A DNA stretch of 64,000 nucleotides from an uncultured Gemmatimonadaceae bacterium (GTDB lineage: Bacteria > Gemmatimonadota > Gemmatimonadetes > Gemmatimonadales > Gemmatimonadaceae). Shown one piece after another: positions 10,153-21,062 of this stretch (positions are counted from its first letter, which is position 1; every line of letters begins with the position of its first letter). Made by a program: the position numbers and the translations under genes. The DNA lies in the NCBI GenBank assembly GCA_963751275.1, contig CAVVTZ010000009.1:384001-448000 (forward strand), in the 5' to 3' direction. The notes under the pieces are model-generated. The model ran no database searches. It was given only the letters and a program-made list of their open reading frames with translations, and was not told the origin of the DNA.

Positions 10153-12307
10153 GTCATTCTCCTTCCCACCCGGAACAATGGATACGAGAGCGCGAGTACG
10201 TAGATGACCATCGCCGCGAGCGCGCTGTTGGACAAGGCGGGGAGCAGGTGGGACATGTCGAACATCGTGTCGGTCCCCTTCGCCTGGAACGCGGCGATCA
10301 CGACGCCCATGATCGCGCCGCCCGCGATGAGTCCCGAACTGAACAGCACGCCGGGCCCGGAGTCGCCGGCGTTCGCGGCCTTCGCGGCGGGATCCATCTT
10401 CCGCTCGACGATCCATCGCACCATGCCGCCCATGAACATCGTGGCCGACGTCGAGATCGGCAGGTACACGCCGACCGCGACCGGCAGCGACGGGATCCCG
10501 AGGATCTCGATGACCACGGCGATGAAGGCGCCGATGAGGATCAGCCCCCACGGCAGCTTCTGCGTCAGGATGCCGTCGACGACGAGCGCCATGATCTGCG
10601 CCTTGGGGGAATCGAGCTTGTCCTTCGTGAAGCCGCGCGCGTCCTTCGGCTCGCGGCCGCCGATGCCCGGGTCCACGAGGTAGGCGATCGCGCCGGCGCT
10701 GTCCACGAGGTAGTGGCCCGCGGGCGCCTCGCCCGTCCGCTCGATGAGATGGCCCACGCGATACCAGACGCCCTTCACGGAATCGCGCGCGCCCGTCTCG
10801 ATGTCGGTCACGGTGACGCCGGGATAGTCGCGCGCCACCTCGGTGGTCTTCGCGTTGTTCAGGAAGGCGATCATGCCGCCGATGATCATGGCCGATGTCG
10901 TCACGCCGAAGAGCAGGCCGATCTGCTGCCGCGCCGGCGTCGCGCCCACGAGATAGCCGGTCTTGAGATCCTGCGACGTGGCGCCCGCCACGGCCGCGGC
11001 GACGCACACGACGCCGCCGATCGGACAGCGCGAGCACGCGATGCTCGATCCCCGTCCACCCGACCGCGAGGAAGATCAGCGACGTGATCAGCACGGCGGC
11101 CACGGTCATGCCGGAGATCGGGTTCGACGAAGCTGCCGATCTGCCCGCAGATCCGGCTCGAGACGGTCACGAACAGGAAGGCGAACAGCACCGCGAGCAC
11201 CGCCGCCGAGCGAGGATTGATGCGATCTGCGGCAGCATCACCATCGCGATGACCAGCGCGACGAGCCGCCGACCACGACGCCGATCGGCAGCTCGCGCTC
11301 GGTGCGCACGTCGCGGCGCTTCGCCCCGCTTCGCGGCGGCCGCGCCCGAAGCCCGCGACGAGCGCCGCGACGATCGTCGGCAGCGCACCGGCCGAGCGAG
11401 ATCAGCCCGGCCGCGGTCACCGCGCCGGCGCCGATGTAGTAGACGTAGTTCGCGCGCACGTGTCATCGCGTCCATGTCGCGCGATCAGCATGTTCGCCGG
11501 CGGGATGATCGGTGGTCAGCCCGGCGCCGAACAGCTTGATCGCCGGGATCAGCACGAAGAACGAAAGCACGCCGCCCGCGAAGAGGTAGTCCGGCGATGC
11601 GCGGCCCGATGATGTAGCCGACGCCCGTCAGCTCGGGGCTCACCTCGGCCTGGATCTCGCCGATCAGCTCCGTCGGCCGGCCGGGGATGATGCTGCTGGA
11701 ACACGTGGCCGGCACGTCGCTGCCAGAGGTTCAGGAACGCCGTTGCGGAACTTGTAGAGCGCCGCCGAGGCCGAAGCCCATGAACACGGTGCGCGCCTGC
11801 ACGCCGCGTTCCTCGCCGACGATGAGCACCTCGGCGCACGCCGTCCCCTCGGGATACTTCAGGTTCTCGTGCTCCTTCACGATGAGCGTCGTGGCGGAGC
11901 GGGATCATCAGGAGCACGCCGAGCAGGCCGCCCACGACGGCGATCGCCGCGCACCGTGCGTCCACGGGCAGCGAGTAGCCGAGCAGCAGCAGCGCCGGCA
12001 GCGTGAACACCACCCCCGCGGCGATCGATTCGCCCGCGGAGCCGGTGGTCTGCACGATGTTGTTCTGGAGGATCGTCGCGGGCGTGGCGCCGAACGCGCG
12101 GACAGATAGCGGAAGATCGTGATCGAGAGCACCGCGATCGGGATCGACGCGCTCACGGTGAGTCCGACCTTCAGCGCGAGGTACACGCTCGACGCGGCGA
12201 AGACGAGGCCGAGGAGGCACGCCGAGGACGATCGCACCCGGCGTGAGTTCACGGAGGATCGTGGAGGCGGCGACGTACGGACTGCGCGGCGTATTCGGGG
12301 CGGACAT
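10149..12307 (-). CDS. OPT family oligopeptide transporter (multiple frameshifts)
   Basis: Fragments [67 protein letters not shown] and SGLIAG lie in successive frames. Confidence 0.88.
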
Positions 12308-12375
12308 CGGAGCTCCAGAGGGTTAGCGCGCGCTGAATATGAGACGCATGCACACCAGTTGCTAGAACCCCGAAG

Positions 12376-12566
12376 ACCGTGAGGCGTGAGACGCACCCCG
12401 AACACCGTGAGGCGTGAGGCGTGCGCCGAACCGATTGCACGGCGTGCGACGAAACCCGAACGCCGTGCGTGACTCGCGTTGTTCGGGTTTCGCCTAACGC
12501 CTCACAATCCGTTCGGCGCACGCCTCACGCCTCACGGTGTTCGGGGTGCGCCTCACGCCTCACGGT
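12376..12566. repeat. Long imperfect palindrome (~90-nt arms), each arm built of three ~28-30 nt units ending in CCGAAC
   Basis: Left arm accgtgaggcgtgagacgcaccccgaacaccgtgaggcgtgaggcgtgcgccgaac... matches the reverse complement of the right arm. Confidence 0.9.
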
Positions 12567-13516
12567 GTTTCTGGAGCCTTCTTCGTGAGTCGCCGGAGGA
12601 TCATGATCACGCCCGCGACAGTAGCGACCAGGATGATGATCGTCGGGATGATCGTCCCCAGCGCGGCGATCAATCTCGCCGTGAATTGCACGAAGTTCCT
12701 CCAGCTCTGCTTGAACGCCTCCCCGATCACGCTCGTGCTGCCGCGCTGGCCGACCACGGGGTACGGCTCGTGCACGGTGATGCTGAGCGACGACACCGAC
12801 GTGCGCGCGCGCAGGTAACGGAGCCGCCCGTCCATGCGCTCGATCTCCTCGCGCACGCGCGCCAGCTCGCGCTCCACATCGAGCACGTCCTTGAGCTTGC
12901 CGGTCTTGGTCTCGAGCACCTGGATGAGGCGCTCCTCCAGCCGCCGCGAGTTGGCGGCGCGCGCGGTGACATCCACGAACTCCTCGCCCACATCCTCGGC
13001 CGAGACGTTCACCGACTCGATCTTACCGAGCGGGGTGAGGCCGTTGATCGCTTCGTCGAAGCGCGAGCTGGGGAGGCGGATCTCGAGCGTCGCGGACTTG
13101 ATCTGGTTGGGGCCGGCCTGCATCTGCGTATTGGCGACGAACCCGCCCACCCGCGCCGCGAGCGCGCGCACGCGCTGCACGCCGTTGGCGAGCGTGTCCA
13201 CCTGCACCGACGCGCTGCCGGTGCGGATGATCATGGTCGGGGTGAGCGTTTCCGTACCGAAGGCGGAGTTGGGGTGCACGGTCTGGGACGCCTGCTCCGC
13301 GGGCGCGTTCTCGGCGTCGGCGAGCGCTTGCCGAGTGCCGGCCATCCGTCCCGCGACGGAGATGTCCTTGGCCTTCAGTTCGTCGACGGAGGCGGGCGCC
13401 GCCATCGGTTGGCCATCCAGGCGGCTTTCGTTCTGCATCTTCGCCGGCTCGGCTTTGTCGCTGCAGGCGGCGATGAGCGTGATGGCGGCGAGCGTGGCGA
13501 GCATCGTGGTGCGCAT
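12560..13516 (-). CDS. DUF4349 domain lipoprotein
   Basis: Lipobox LIAAC; MIIRTG, EDVGEEFVD, RVREEIERMDGRLRYL; C-terminal TM helix. Confidence 0.85.
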   Translation of the reverse strand: MRTTMLATLAAITLIAACSDKAEPAKMQNESRLDGQPMAAPASVDELKAKDISVAGRMAGTRQALADAENAPAEQASQTVHPNSAFGTETLTPTMIIRTGSASVQVDTLANGVQRVRALAARVGGFVANTQMQAGPNQIKSATLEIRLPSSRFDEAINGLTPLGKIESVNVSAEDVGEEFVDVTARAANSRRLEERLIQVLETKTGKLKDVLDVERELARVREEIERMDGRLRYLRARTSVSSLSITVHEPYPVVGQRGSTSVIGEAFKQSWRNFVQFTARLIAALGTIIPTIIILVATVAGVIMILRRLTKKAPETP

Positions 13517-13639
13517 GGTCTTCCTCGTGGGCAGGGGTCGGTGGTGCGAGCCGCACAAGGGACGCCATCGGCCGCGGGGTTTGCACACGTGATGCGCGCG
13601 GGGGATATTGCATCACCCACCTTCACCGAAAGCTCATCA

Positions 13640-15442
13640 ATGATTCGTCGTCTCTTCGTTCCGGCCCTCCTGCTCGCGGCCCCCGTCCTGGCCGCCCAGG
13701 CCGCGCATCCCCGCCACGCCGTCGGCGCCGGTGACCGATGTCACGTACCGCGTCACCTTCGACCGGCCGCTCGCCGCGCGACGCGTGGTGCAGGTGGAGA
13801 TGAACTTCAAGACGCCGGGAAACGCGCCGGTGCTGCTCTCGCTGCCGGCGTGGACGCCCGGCGCGTACGAGATCAGCTACTTCGCGCGCTGGGTCACGAA
13901 TTTCTCGGCGACCGCCGCCGGCAAGCCGCTCGCGTGGGAGAAGACCGACTACGACACGTGGCGCATCGTGCCGGCCGGCGCGACGCAGATCAGCGTCGAC
14001 TTCGACTACCGCGCCGATTCGCTCGACAACGCCATGGCGTGGGCGCGCCCGGACTTCCTGATGTTCAACGGGACGAACTTCTTCCTCTATCCCGAGGGGC
14101 GCAGCCCGGACTTCCCGGCGATCGTCCGCATCGTGACCGACAGCGCGTGGCGCATCGTCACCGGAATGACGCCGACCGCGGCGCCGAACACCTTCGGCGC
14201 GTCGAATTATCACGATCTCGTGGACATGCCCTTCTTCGTCGGGCGCGTCGACATCGACAGCACGCGCGTGGGCGCGACGTGGGCGCGCCTCGCGTGGTAT
14301 CCGCTCGAGAGCGTGCCGCCCGGCGAGCGCGCGCACGAGCTCTACCAGATCGCGCAAGCTCATTCCGGTCGAGGCCGCGGTGTTCGGCGAGACGCCGTGG
14401 AAGAGTTACACCGTCATGCAGATCGCCGACTCATCGTTCGGCGGACTCTCCGGCCTCGAGCACCAGAACTCCCACGTCGACGTGATCACGCCGCTCGCCG
14501 TCGGCGACCCGATCCTCGGCAGCTTCTACGCGCACGAGATCTTCCACTCGTGGAACGTGAAGCGGCTGCGCCCGATCGACCTCTGGCCCTACGACTACGC
14601 CCGCGAGCAGCCCACGCCGTGGCTCTGGGTGAGCGAGGGGATCACCGACTACTACGCGGATCTCGTCCGAGGTGCGCGGCGGCGCTGATCGACGCGCCGG
14701 GTTCTTCGATCTCATCGCCGGCAAGATCGAGCACGTCGCGAAGACGCGGACCGTCGCGCTCACCGACGCGTCGCTGAACGCCTGGATCCACATGATGGAC
14801 GGCACGGAGGACATCTACTACGACAAGGGCTCGCTCGCCGGCCTCATGCTCGACATCCTGATCCGCGACGCGAGCGACAACAAGCGCTCGCTCGACGGTG
14901 TCATGCGCAACCTGTACCGCGACGCCTACAAGAAGGGCGAGGGCTTCACCCCCGCGGAGTGGTGGAGCGCAGTGAGCGCCGCGGCGGGCGGGAGGTCGTT
15001 CACGGACTTCGACGCGAAGTACATCGAGGGACGCGAGCCCTATCCGTGGAGCACGATCCTGCCGCTCGCGGGGCTCGTGCTGCATGCCGACACGGTCCGT
15101 TCGCCCGCGCTCGGCATCACGTATGAGCACGACAGCGTCGGCGCGATCATCATCGCGGCCATCGATCCGGGAGGGATGGCGGCCGAGGCGGGGATCCGTC
15201 CGGGCGACAAACTCGTCGCGGTGGGTGACGTCGCCGCGACCGACCGCGGATTCCTCGGCGGCGCGATGTCGCGTTACGGCGTGGCGGGGGAGACCGTGGT
15301 GATCAAGGTGCGGCGGGGCGGAACGACGCTCTCGCTGCCGGCGCGGGTGCAGATCCGCGAGCGCGTGAGCACGACGGTGACCGCCGATCCGCGGGCGAAC
15401 GCGAAGGCGGTGGCGATCCGCACCGGGCTGATGCGCCCGTAG
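13640..15442 (+). CDS. M61 family (glycyl aminopeptidase-like) metallopeptidase with PDZ (about 3 frameshifts)
   Basis: Signal peptide; LPAWTPGAY, GLEH, HEIFHSWNVKRLRP, LWVSEGITDYY, YYDKG; C-terminal PDZ. Confidence 0.88.
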
Positions 15443-15446
15443 CGGA

Positions 15447-16865
15447 TCAGCGCTTCATCGCGGCTTCGATCTCGGTGATCTCGCGCGGCGCGCGCGAGAT
15501 CCACTCGACGCCGCTGGCGGTCGCGAAATAGTCATCCTCGATGCGCACGCCGGTGTCCTTGAACTTCTCGAAGGCGGCGCGCACGTGCGCGATCAGCGCG
15601 CGGTTGCGCGGGGTGTCGGGGAGGATGTCCAGCGCGTTGCCGCGCACGTAGAGGCCGGGCTCGATCGTGAACGCCGCACCGGCGAGGATCTTGTAGGGCG
15701 GGTAATACCACGTGCCCGGGTCGTGCACCTCGAGGCCGATCCCGTGGCCGAGGGCATGATTGTAGTAGAGCGAGAGCTGGCGGCAGCCCTTGGCCACCAG
15801 AAAGGAGCATCCGCCCTGCGGCGCGTCGTACAGTGCATCGGCGCTCTCGATGAGACCGAGCTTCACGAGTCCGGCCGCGAGCACGGCATTCGCCGAATCG
15901 CTCATGAGGTGCGCGGGCGCGCCGACGATCGCCTGCCGCTCGCCCGCGGCCTGCGCATCGCGCACCACCTGGTACAACGCGCGCTGCTCCGCGGTGAACG
16001 TGCCGCTCACCGGCAGCGTGCGCGTGACGTCGGCGGTATAGCCGTGCCAGCTGGCGCCGATGTCCATGACGACGAGCTCGCCGGCGAGCATCGTGCGGTC
16101 GTTCTTGTCATAGTGGAGCGAGGTGCTGTTGGGCCCGGAGCCGACGATGCTCGAGAAGCCCGGCCGTTCGGCGCCCTCCTTGCGGAAGGTGTATTCGATG
16201 GTGGCCTGCACCTCGTTCTCGCCCACGCCGGGCGCCACGACGTGCAGCACCGCGCGTTGCGCGTCCACGGTGATCGCGGTCGCGCGCCGCAGCAGCGCGA
16301 GCTCCGCGTCGCTGTGCCGCGCGCGCAGCGAATCCTCGAGATTGCCGGCGTCCACGATCTGGAGCCCGATGTGGCCGCGGCGGAGCGAGGCGACGAACTG
16401 GTCATTGGCGGAGAGCGTCGCGCTGGCGTCGAGATCGCCGAGCACGTAGAGCGTCTTCGCGCCGGCGAGCGCGCTGTCCAGTGATGCGCGGAAGCTGGAC
16501 GCGGGGAGCGCCGGCAGGCCCGTGAGCGCGGCAGCGCCGGACACGCCGAGCCGGTCGCCGGTCCAGGCTTCGCGCGCGGGATCGCGCGGGAGCACGAAGA
16601 GCGTGACGGCCGACGTCGCGCCACGCTTCACCATGAGCAGCGAGGCGTTCGGTTCGAGATAGCCGGTGAGGTACCAGAAGCGCGGCGTCTGGAAGAAGCT
16701 GATGAAGTCCTCGCGCGGCTCGGCGGCGCCGAGGACGATGGCGACGGCGGTGTCGGGGAGCTGCGAGAGGAAAGCGGCGCGGCGAGAGGAGTACTCGGAT
16801 TGGGGGACTTGCGCGATGGCAGGGGCCGCGAGCATCACGAGTGCTGGGATCAGTTGGAGGCGCAT
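15447..16865 (-). CDS. pepP: Xaa-Pro aminopeptidase (M24B), exported
   Basis: Signal peptide; SIVGSGPNSTSLHY, MDIG, YTADVTRT, HALGHGIGLEVHD, TIEPGLY and GVRIEDD motifs. Confidence 0.88.
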   Translation of the reverse strand: MRLQLIPALVMLAAPAIAQVPQSEYSSRRAAFLSQLPDTAVAIVLGAAEPREDFISFFQTPRFWYLTGYLEPNASLLMVKRGATSAVTLFVLPRDPAREAWTGDRLGVSGAAALTGLPALPASSFRASLDSALAGAKTLYVLGDLDASATLSANDQFVASLRRGHIGLQIVDAGNLEDSLRARHSDAELALLRRATAITVDAQRAVLHVVAPGVGENEVQATIEYTFRKEGAERPGFSSIVGSGPNSTSLHYDKNDRTMLAGELVVMDIGASWHGYTADVTRTLPVSGTFTAEQRALYQVVRDAQAAGERQAIVGAPAHLMSDSANAVLAAGLVKLGLIESADALYDAPQGGCSFLVAKGCRQLSLYYNHALGHGIGLEVHDPGTWYYPPYKILAGAAFTIEPGLYVRGNALDILPDTPRNRALIAHVRAAFEKFKDTGVRIEDDYFATASGVEWISRAPREITEIEAAMKR

Positions 16866-16900
16866 ATCGGAACGTTACGCTCCGCGAGCGAGAGTGGCGA

Positions 16901-16939
16901 CCCGAACTCCGTTATTCGTACCCCGAACTCCGCTATTCG
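16901..16939. repeat. Tandem repeat with 21-bp period, cccgaactccg(t/c)tattcg x2
   Basis: Direct inspection; shares cccgaactccgtt with the 61571 hairpin. Confidence 0.75.
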
Positions 16940-17080
16940 CCATTGGTTCGTAACACAGCCTACGGCTCACGTCGTCGTGCCAAACGCGTACGACTAACGA
17001 CTGCCTTGGCCCTTGTCACTAGCACGCCGGCGGTTAGAATGGAGCCGGATACCGATTTCCCCATTCGAGGTGACGCGCAT

Positions 17081-17788
17081 ATGGCGACCGGTCAGGCACC
17101 AGAGGCAGCGGCGAAGGCGTCCGTGTTCGAGGACTTCATCGACATCTTCACGTCGCCGGCGGAGGTGTTCAAGCGGCGCATGGGGGCGGGCGTCTGGCTC
17201 CAGATGCTCATCCTCACCGTCATCGCCGTCGGATTGTACCTCGTCACGCGCAGCATCCTGGCGCCGATCTTCGACGCCGAGATGGCGCGCGGACTCGCGA
17301 AGAACCCGAACCTCACCGCGGACCAGATCGAATCGGCCAAGGCGATGGCGAGCAAGATCGGACCCGTCGCCGTCGCGATCGGGATCCCGATCAGCATATT
17401 CTTCACGGGATTGTTCGTTTGGCTGGCGGGGAAGATGTTCAGCGCGCAGCAGACGTTCGGCGACGCGGTGATGGTCGCGACGTACGCATGGATCCCGCGC
17501 GTGCTGCAGTTCGTCGCGGCGGCCGCGATGGGCGCGATGATGGATGCGTCGAAGATGACCGGATTGTTCAGCGCGAGCCTGAGCGTTGGGAAGCTGCTCG
17601 ATCCGGACACGACCTCACGCGCCGTCTACGTCCTGGCGGGGCGGATCGACCTCTTCGTCATCTGGCAGACGATCCTGCTCGGCATCGGCCTCTCGGTCAC
17701 CGGCAAGATCGCGCGCTCGCAGGGCTACATTGCGGCGGCGTTGCTGTGGCTGATCGGGGCCGGCGCGACGATGCTCTTCCAGCGCTGA
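17081..17788 (+). CDS. Yip1 family membrane protein
   Basis: IFTSPAEVF start, about 5 TM helices, IDLFVIW motif; GAGG RBS upstream. Confidence 0.8.
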   Translation: MATGQAPEAAAKASVFEDFIDIFTSPAEVFKRRMGAGVWLQMLILTVIAVGLYLVTRSILAPIFDAEMARGLAKNPNLTADQIESAKAMASKIGPVAVAIGIPISIFFTGLFVWLAGKMFSAQQTFGDAVMVATYAWIPRVLQFVAAAAMGAMMDASKMTGLFSASLSVGKLLDPDTTSRAVYVLAGRIDLFVIWQTILLGIGLSVTGKIARSQGYIAAALLWLIGAGATMLFQR

Positions 17789-17809
17789 CCCGCCGGTTCC
17801 CGCAGGCTC

Positions 17810-17840
17810 GCGCGCGGCGCCGGACTTCGGCGCCGCGCGC
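17810..17840. terminator. 13-bp GC hairpin between convergent genes
   Basis: gcgcgcggcgccg-gactt-cggcgccgcgcgc; no U-tract. Confidence 0.45.
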
Positions 17841-17842
17841 TG

Positions 17843-19004
17843 TCATTTGAGGAGCAGCTTCGCGATCGTCTGCAGCTGCATGTTGGACGTGCCCTCGTAG
17901 ATCGTGCCGATCTTCGCGTCGCGGTAGAATTTCTCCACGGGGTAGTCCTTGGTGTACCCGTAGCCGCCGTGCAGCTCGAGCGCGAGCGACGTCACGCGCT
18001 CGGCCACCTGGCACGAGAAGAGCTTGGCCATCGCCGCCTCGCTTCGTGAACTCGATGCCGGCGTCCTTGAGCCGCGCCGCGTTGTACACCATGAGCCGCG
18101 CCGCCTCGAGCTCGGTGGCCGCCTGCGCGAGCTGGAACTGCACGGCCTGGAAATCCGACGATCGCCTTGCCGAACTGCTTGCGCTCCTTCACGTACGCGA
18201 TCGCCGCGTCGAGCGCGCCGCGCGCGACGCCGATCATCTGCGCGCCGATGCCGATGCGCCCTTCGTTCAGCGTCTCGATCGCGATCTTGTAGCCCTGGCC
18301 GACGGGGCCGAGCACGTTCGCGGCCGGCACCTCGCACCCGTCCAGGATGAGTTCCGTGGTGCTGCTCGCGCGGATCCCGAGCTTGTCCTCCTTCTTCCCC
18401 ACCGAGAATCCCTTGAATCCGCGCTCGACGACGAACGCCGTGATGCCCTTGTAGCCCGCCGACGGGTCGGCGTTCGCGAAGATCGACGAAGATCGCCGCC
18501 TCCGCGCCGTTCGTGATCCAGAGCTTGCGCCCGGTGAGCACCCAGTCGATCGCCTTCTTCTCCGCGCGCGTCGCGAGGCCGAAGGCGTCGGAGCCGGAGC
18601 CGGGCTCCGAGAGCGCGTACGCGCCGACGGTCTTCGACGTGAGCCGCGGGAGGTAGCGCTGCTTCACGTCGTCGCTGCCGTAGCGCGCGATCGGGTAGTT
18701 GACGAGCGTGTTCTGCACGTCCACCATGATCGCACTCGACGCATCCACGCGGCTGATCGCTTCCACGGCGATCGCCACCATCGACGAGCGAGCCGCCGGC
18801 GCCGCCGTACTGCTCGGGCACCTCGATGCCCATCAGGCCGAGCTCGAAGAACTTCGGGATCAGCTCGGCGTCGAGCTTCGCGGCGCGGTCCATCGCCATC
18901 GCGCGCGGACGCACTTCGGATTCGGCGAACTGCGCGACGGCATCCTGGAACGCGGATTCATCGTCCGAAAGGGTGGTGAGCGCGGGTCTGAATGACTCTG
19001 TCAT
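17843..19004 (-). CDS. Acyl-CoA dehydrogenase (several frameshifts)
   Basis: YALSEPGSGSDA, KLWITNG, KEDKLGIRAS, LNEGRIGIGAQ, GGYGY and RDAKIGTIYEGTSNMQ motifs across frames. Confidence 0.9.
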
Positions 19005-19068
19005 AAGGTAAGACTAGTGCTCCGGCCATAAGAGGAATGGTCTTGTTCCAAGCGGGCAGTACGATTCC

Positions 19069-19156
19069 ATCATGTCCATCATGTTCATCCTGTCAAATGC
19101 TCTTTTCTCCAGCCTCCGGGAACTGCATCTGACAGGATGGACATGATGGACATGAT
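19069..19156. repeat. 27-bp inverted repeat built from 9-mer units (atcatgtcc)
   Basis: 19069-19095 matches the reverse complement of 19130-19156 at 26 of 27 positions. Confidence 0.85.
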
Positions 19157-21062
19157 ATACATGGCCGGAGTCATCCTGTCCGTCAATCGCCGCCGCGAAC
19201 CACGCGCGATCGCGAGCTCCGCGCGCCCGAAGGGCGCCGAGACCTGCACGCCCTGCACGGCGCCGCGCACCCGCGCGAGCATCTCGCGCGCGATCGCGAC
19301 CCCCTCGGCGGCGGCGTGCTCCTTGGACTGCTCGTTCGCGCGGCGCATGCGCGCGACGATCGCGTCGGGCACCACCACGCCGGGCACCTCGTTCGCGAGG
19401 AACTCGGCGTTGCGCGCGGAGGTGAGCGGCCAGATGCCGGCCACCACCGGGATGCGCACGTGCTGCACCGACGCGAGGAAGCGCTCGAGCTGCGCCGCGT
19501 CGAACACCGGCTGCGTGACGGCGAACTCGGCGCCCGCCTCCACCTTGTACTCGAAGCGCTTGCGCTCCTGCGCCGCGTCGAGCGCCGCGGGATTCACGCC
19601 GACGCCGATGACGAAGCGCGTGGGTGCGCCGATGTCGTGGCCGCCGGGATCGAGCCCGTGATTGAGCCGGCTCACGAGATTCGTGAGGCCGATCGAGTCG
19701 ATGTCGAACACGGCGGTCGCGTCGGGATACGGCCCCATCTTCGGCGGATCGCCCGTGATCAGCAGGAGATTGCGGAGTCCCATCGCCGAGGCGCCGAGCA
19801 GGTCGCTCAGCATGCCGAGCAGATTGCGGTCGCGGCAGCAGTAGTGCGTGATCGTCTCGATGCCGACGCGCTGCTCGATGAGCAGCGACGTCATGAGCGC
19901 GCCCATGCGGCTCTGCGCGCGCGGCCCGTCGGGGACGTTCACGGCGTGCACGCCGGCGGCCTTCAAGGCGGCGACTGCTTCGAGCATCTTCGTCGCGTCC
20001 ACTCCCCTGGGCGGCACGATCTCCACCGAGGTGACGAATTCCCCGGCGGCGAGCCTCCGCGCCCAGTTCGAGCGCGTCGCGAAGGGGACGGGCTCAGCAC
20101 CCTTGGGTTCGGGAGTCGGGAGTCGGGAATCGACGGCACCGATCGTGCGCGGTCGATTCCCAAGTCCCGATTCCCGAACGTTGAGCCCCTTAATGCCGGC
20201 CACCATCGCGGAAATATGCTCCGGCGTTGTGCCGCAGCACCCGCCGATGATCTTGGCCCCAGCATGGAGCAAGTGCCGTGCATACGACGCCATGTACTCC
20301 GGGGAGGCCATGTACATCTGCCGTCCGCTCACATCCCGCGGCATGCCGGCGTTGGGCTGCGCGCTCAGCTTGCGCGTGGTGAGCGGCGCCATCTTCTCGA
20401 TCGCCTCGAGGATCGTCTGCGGACCGACGGAGCAGTTCAGGCCGATGATGTCGGCGCCCCAGCCGTCGAGCGCGCGCGCGATGTCCTCGGGGGAGGCGCC
20501 GAACGCGGTCATTCCGTCGGGACCGATCGTCATCTGCGCGATCACCGGCATCGTCGGCATCCACGTCGCGCGCGGCGAGAATGGCCTGCTCCATCTCCGC
20601 GAGGTCGCTGATCGTCTCGATGATGAAGCAGTCCGCGCCGCCGTCGCGCAGCGCGGTCATCTGCTCGCGGAAATGCGCGCGTGCCTCGTCGCGGCTCGTC
20701 GGGCCGAAGGGTTCGATGCGGATGCCGAGCGGACCGACCGCGCCGGCCACCAGCGCGCGCTCCCCGGCGGCCTCGCGCGCGATGCGCGCGGCGTTGCGGT
20801 TGAACTCGGCGACGTGCGACTCGAGCCCATGTTGCGCGAGCTTCACGCGATTCGCGCCGAAGCTGTTCGTCTCCAGCACCTGCGCGCCGGCGCGCACGTA
20901 CGCGTCGTGCACCTCGCGCACGAGCTCGGGCGCCCGCGTGTTGAGCTCGTCGTAGCATTGGTTGATGTAGACGCCCTTCGCATAGAGCATCGTGCCCATC
21001 GCGCCGTCGAAGACGATGACGCGCGCGGGATCGAGGAGGGTGGAGCAGTCGCGTGGGGTCAT
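19085..21062 (-). CDS. yitJ: Bifunctional homocysteine S-methyltransferase / methylenetetrahydrofolate reductase (frameshift near 20560; 3' end uncertain)
   Basis: VFDGAMGT, GLNCSVGP and GGCCGTTPEH (Hcy domain), followed by VEIVPPRG, HYCCRDRN, ITGDPP and TQPVFD (MTHFR domain). Confidence 0.88.
20107..20179. repeat. GGGAGTC-heptamer palindrome inside the yitJ interdomain linker
   Basis: 28-nt arms, 25 of 28 complementary; bounded by GTTCGGGA...TCCCGAAC. Confidence 0.85.

Noticed and set aside
12376..12566. Possible CRISPR array
   Set aside because: Units are adjacent with no unique spacers, are arranged as an inverted pair, and there are no cas genes.
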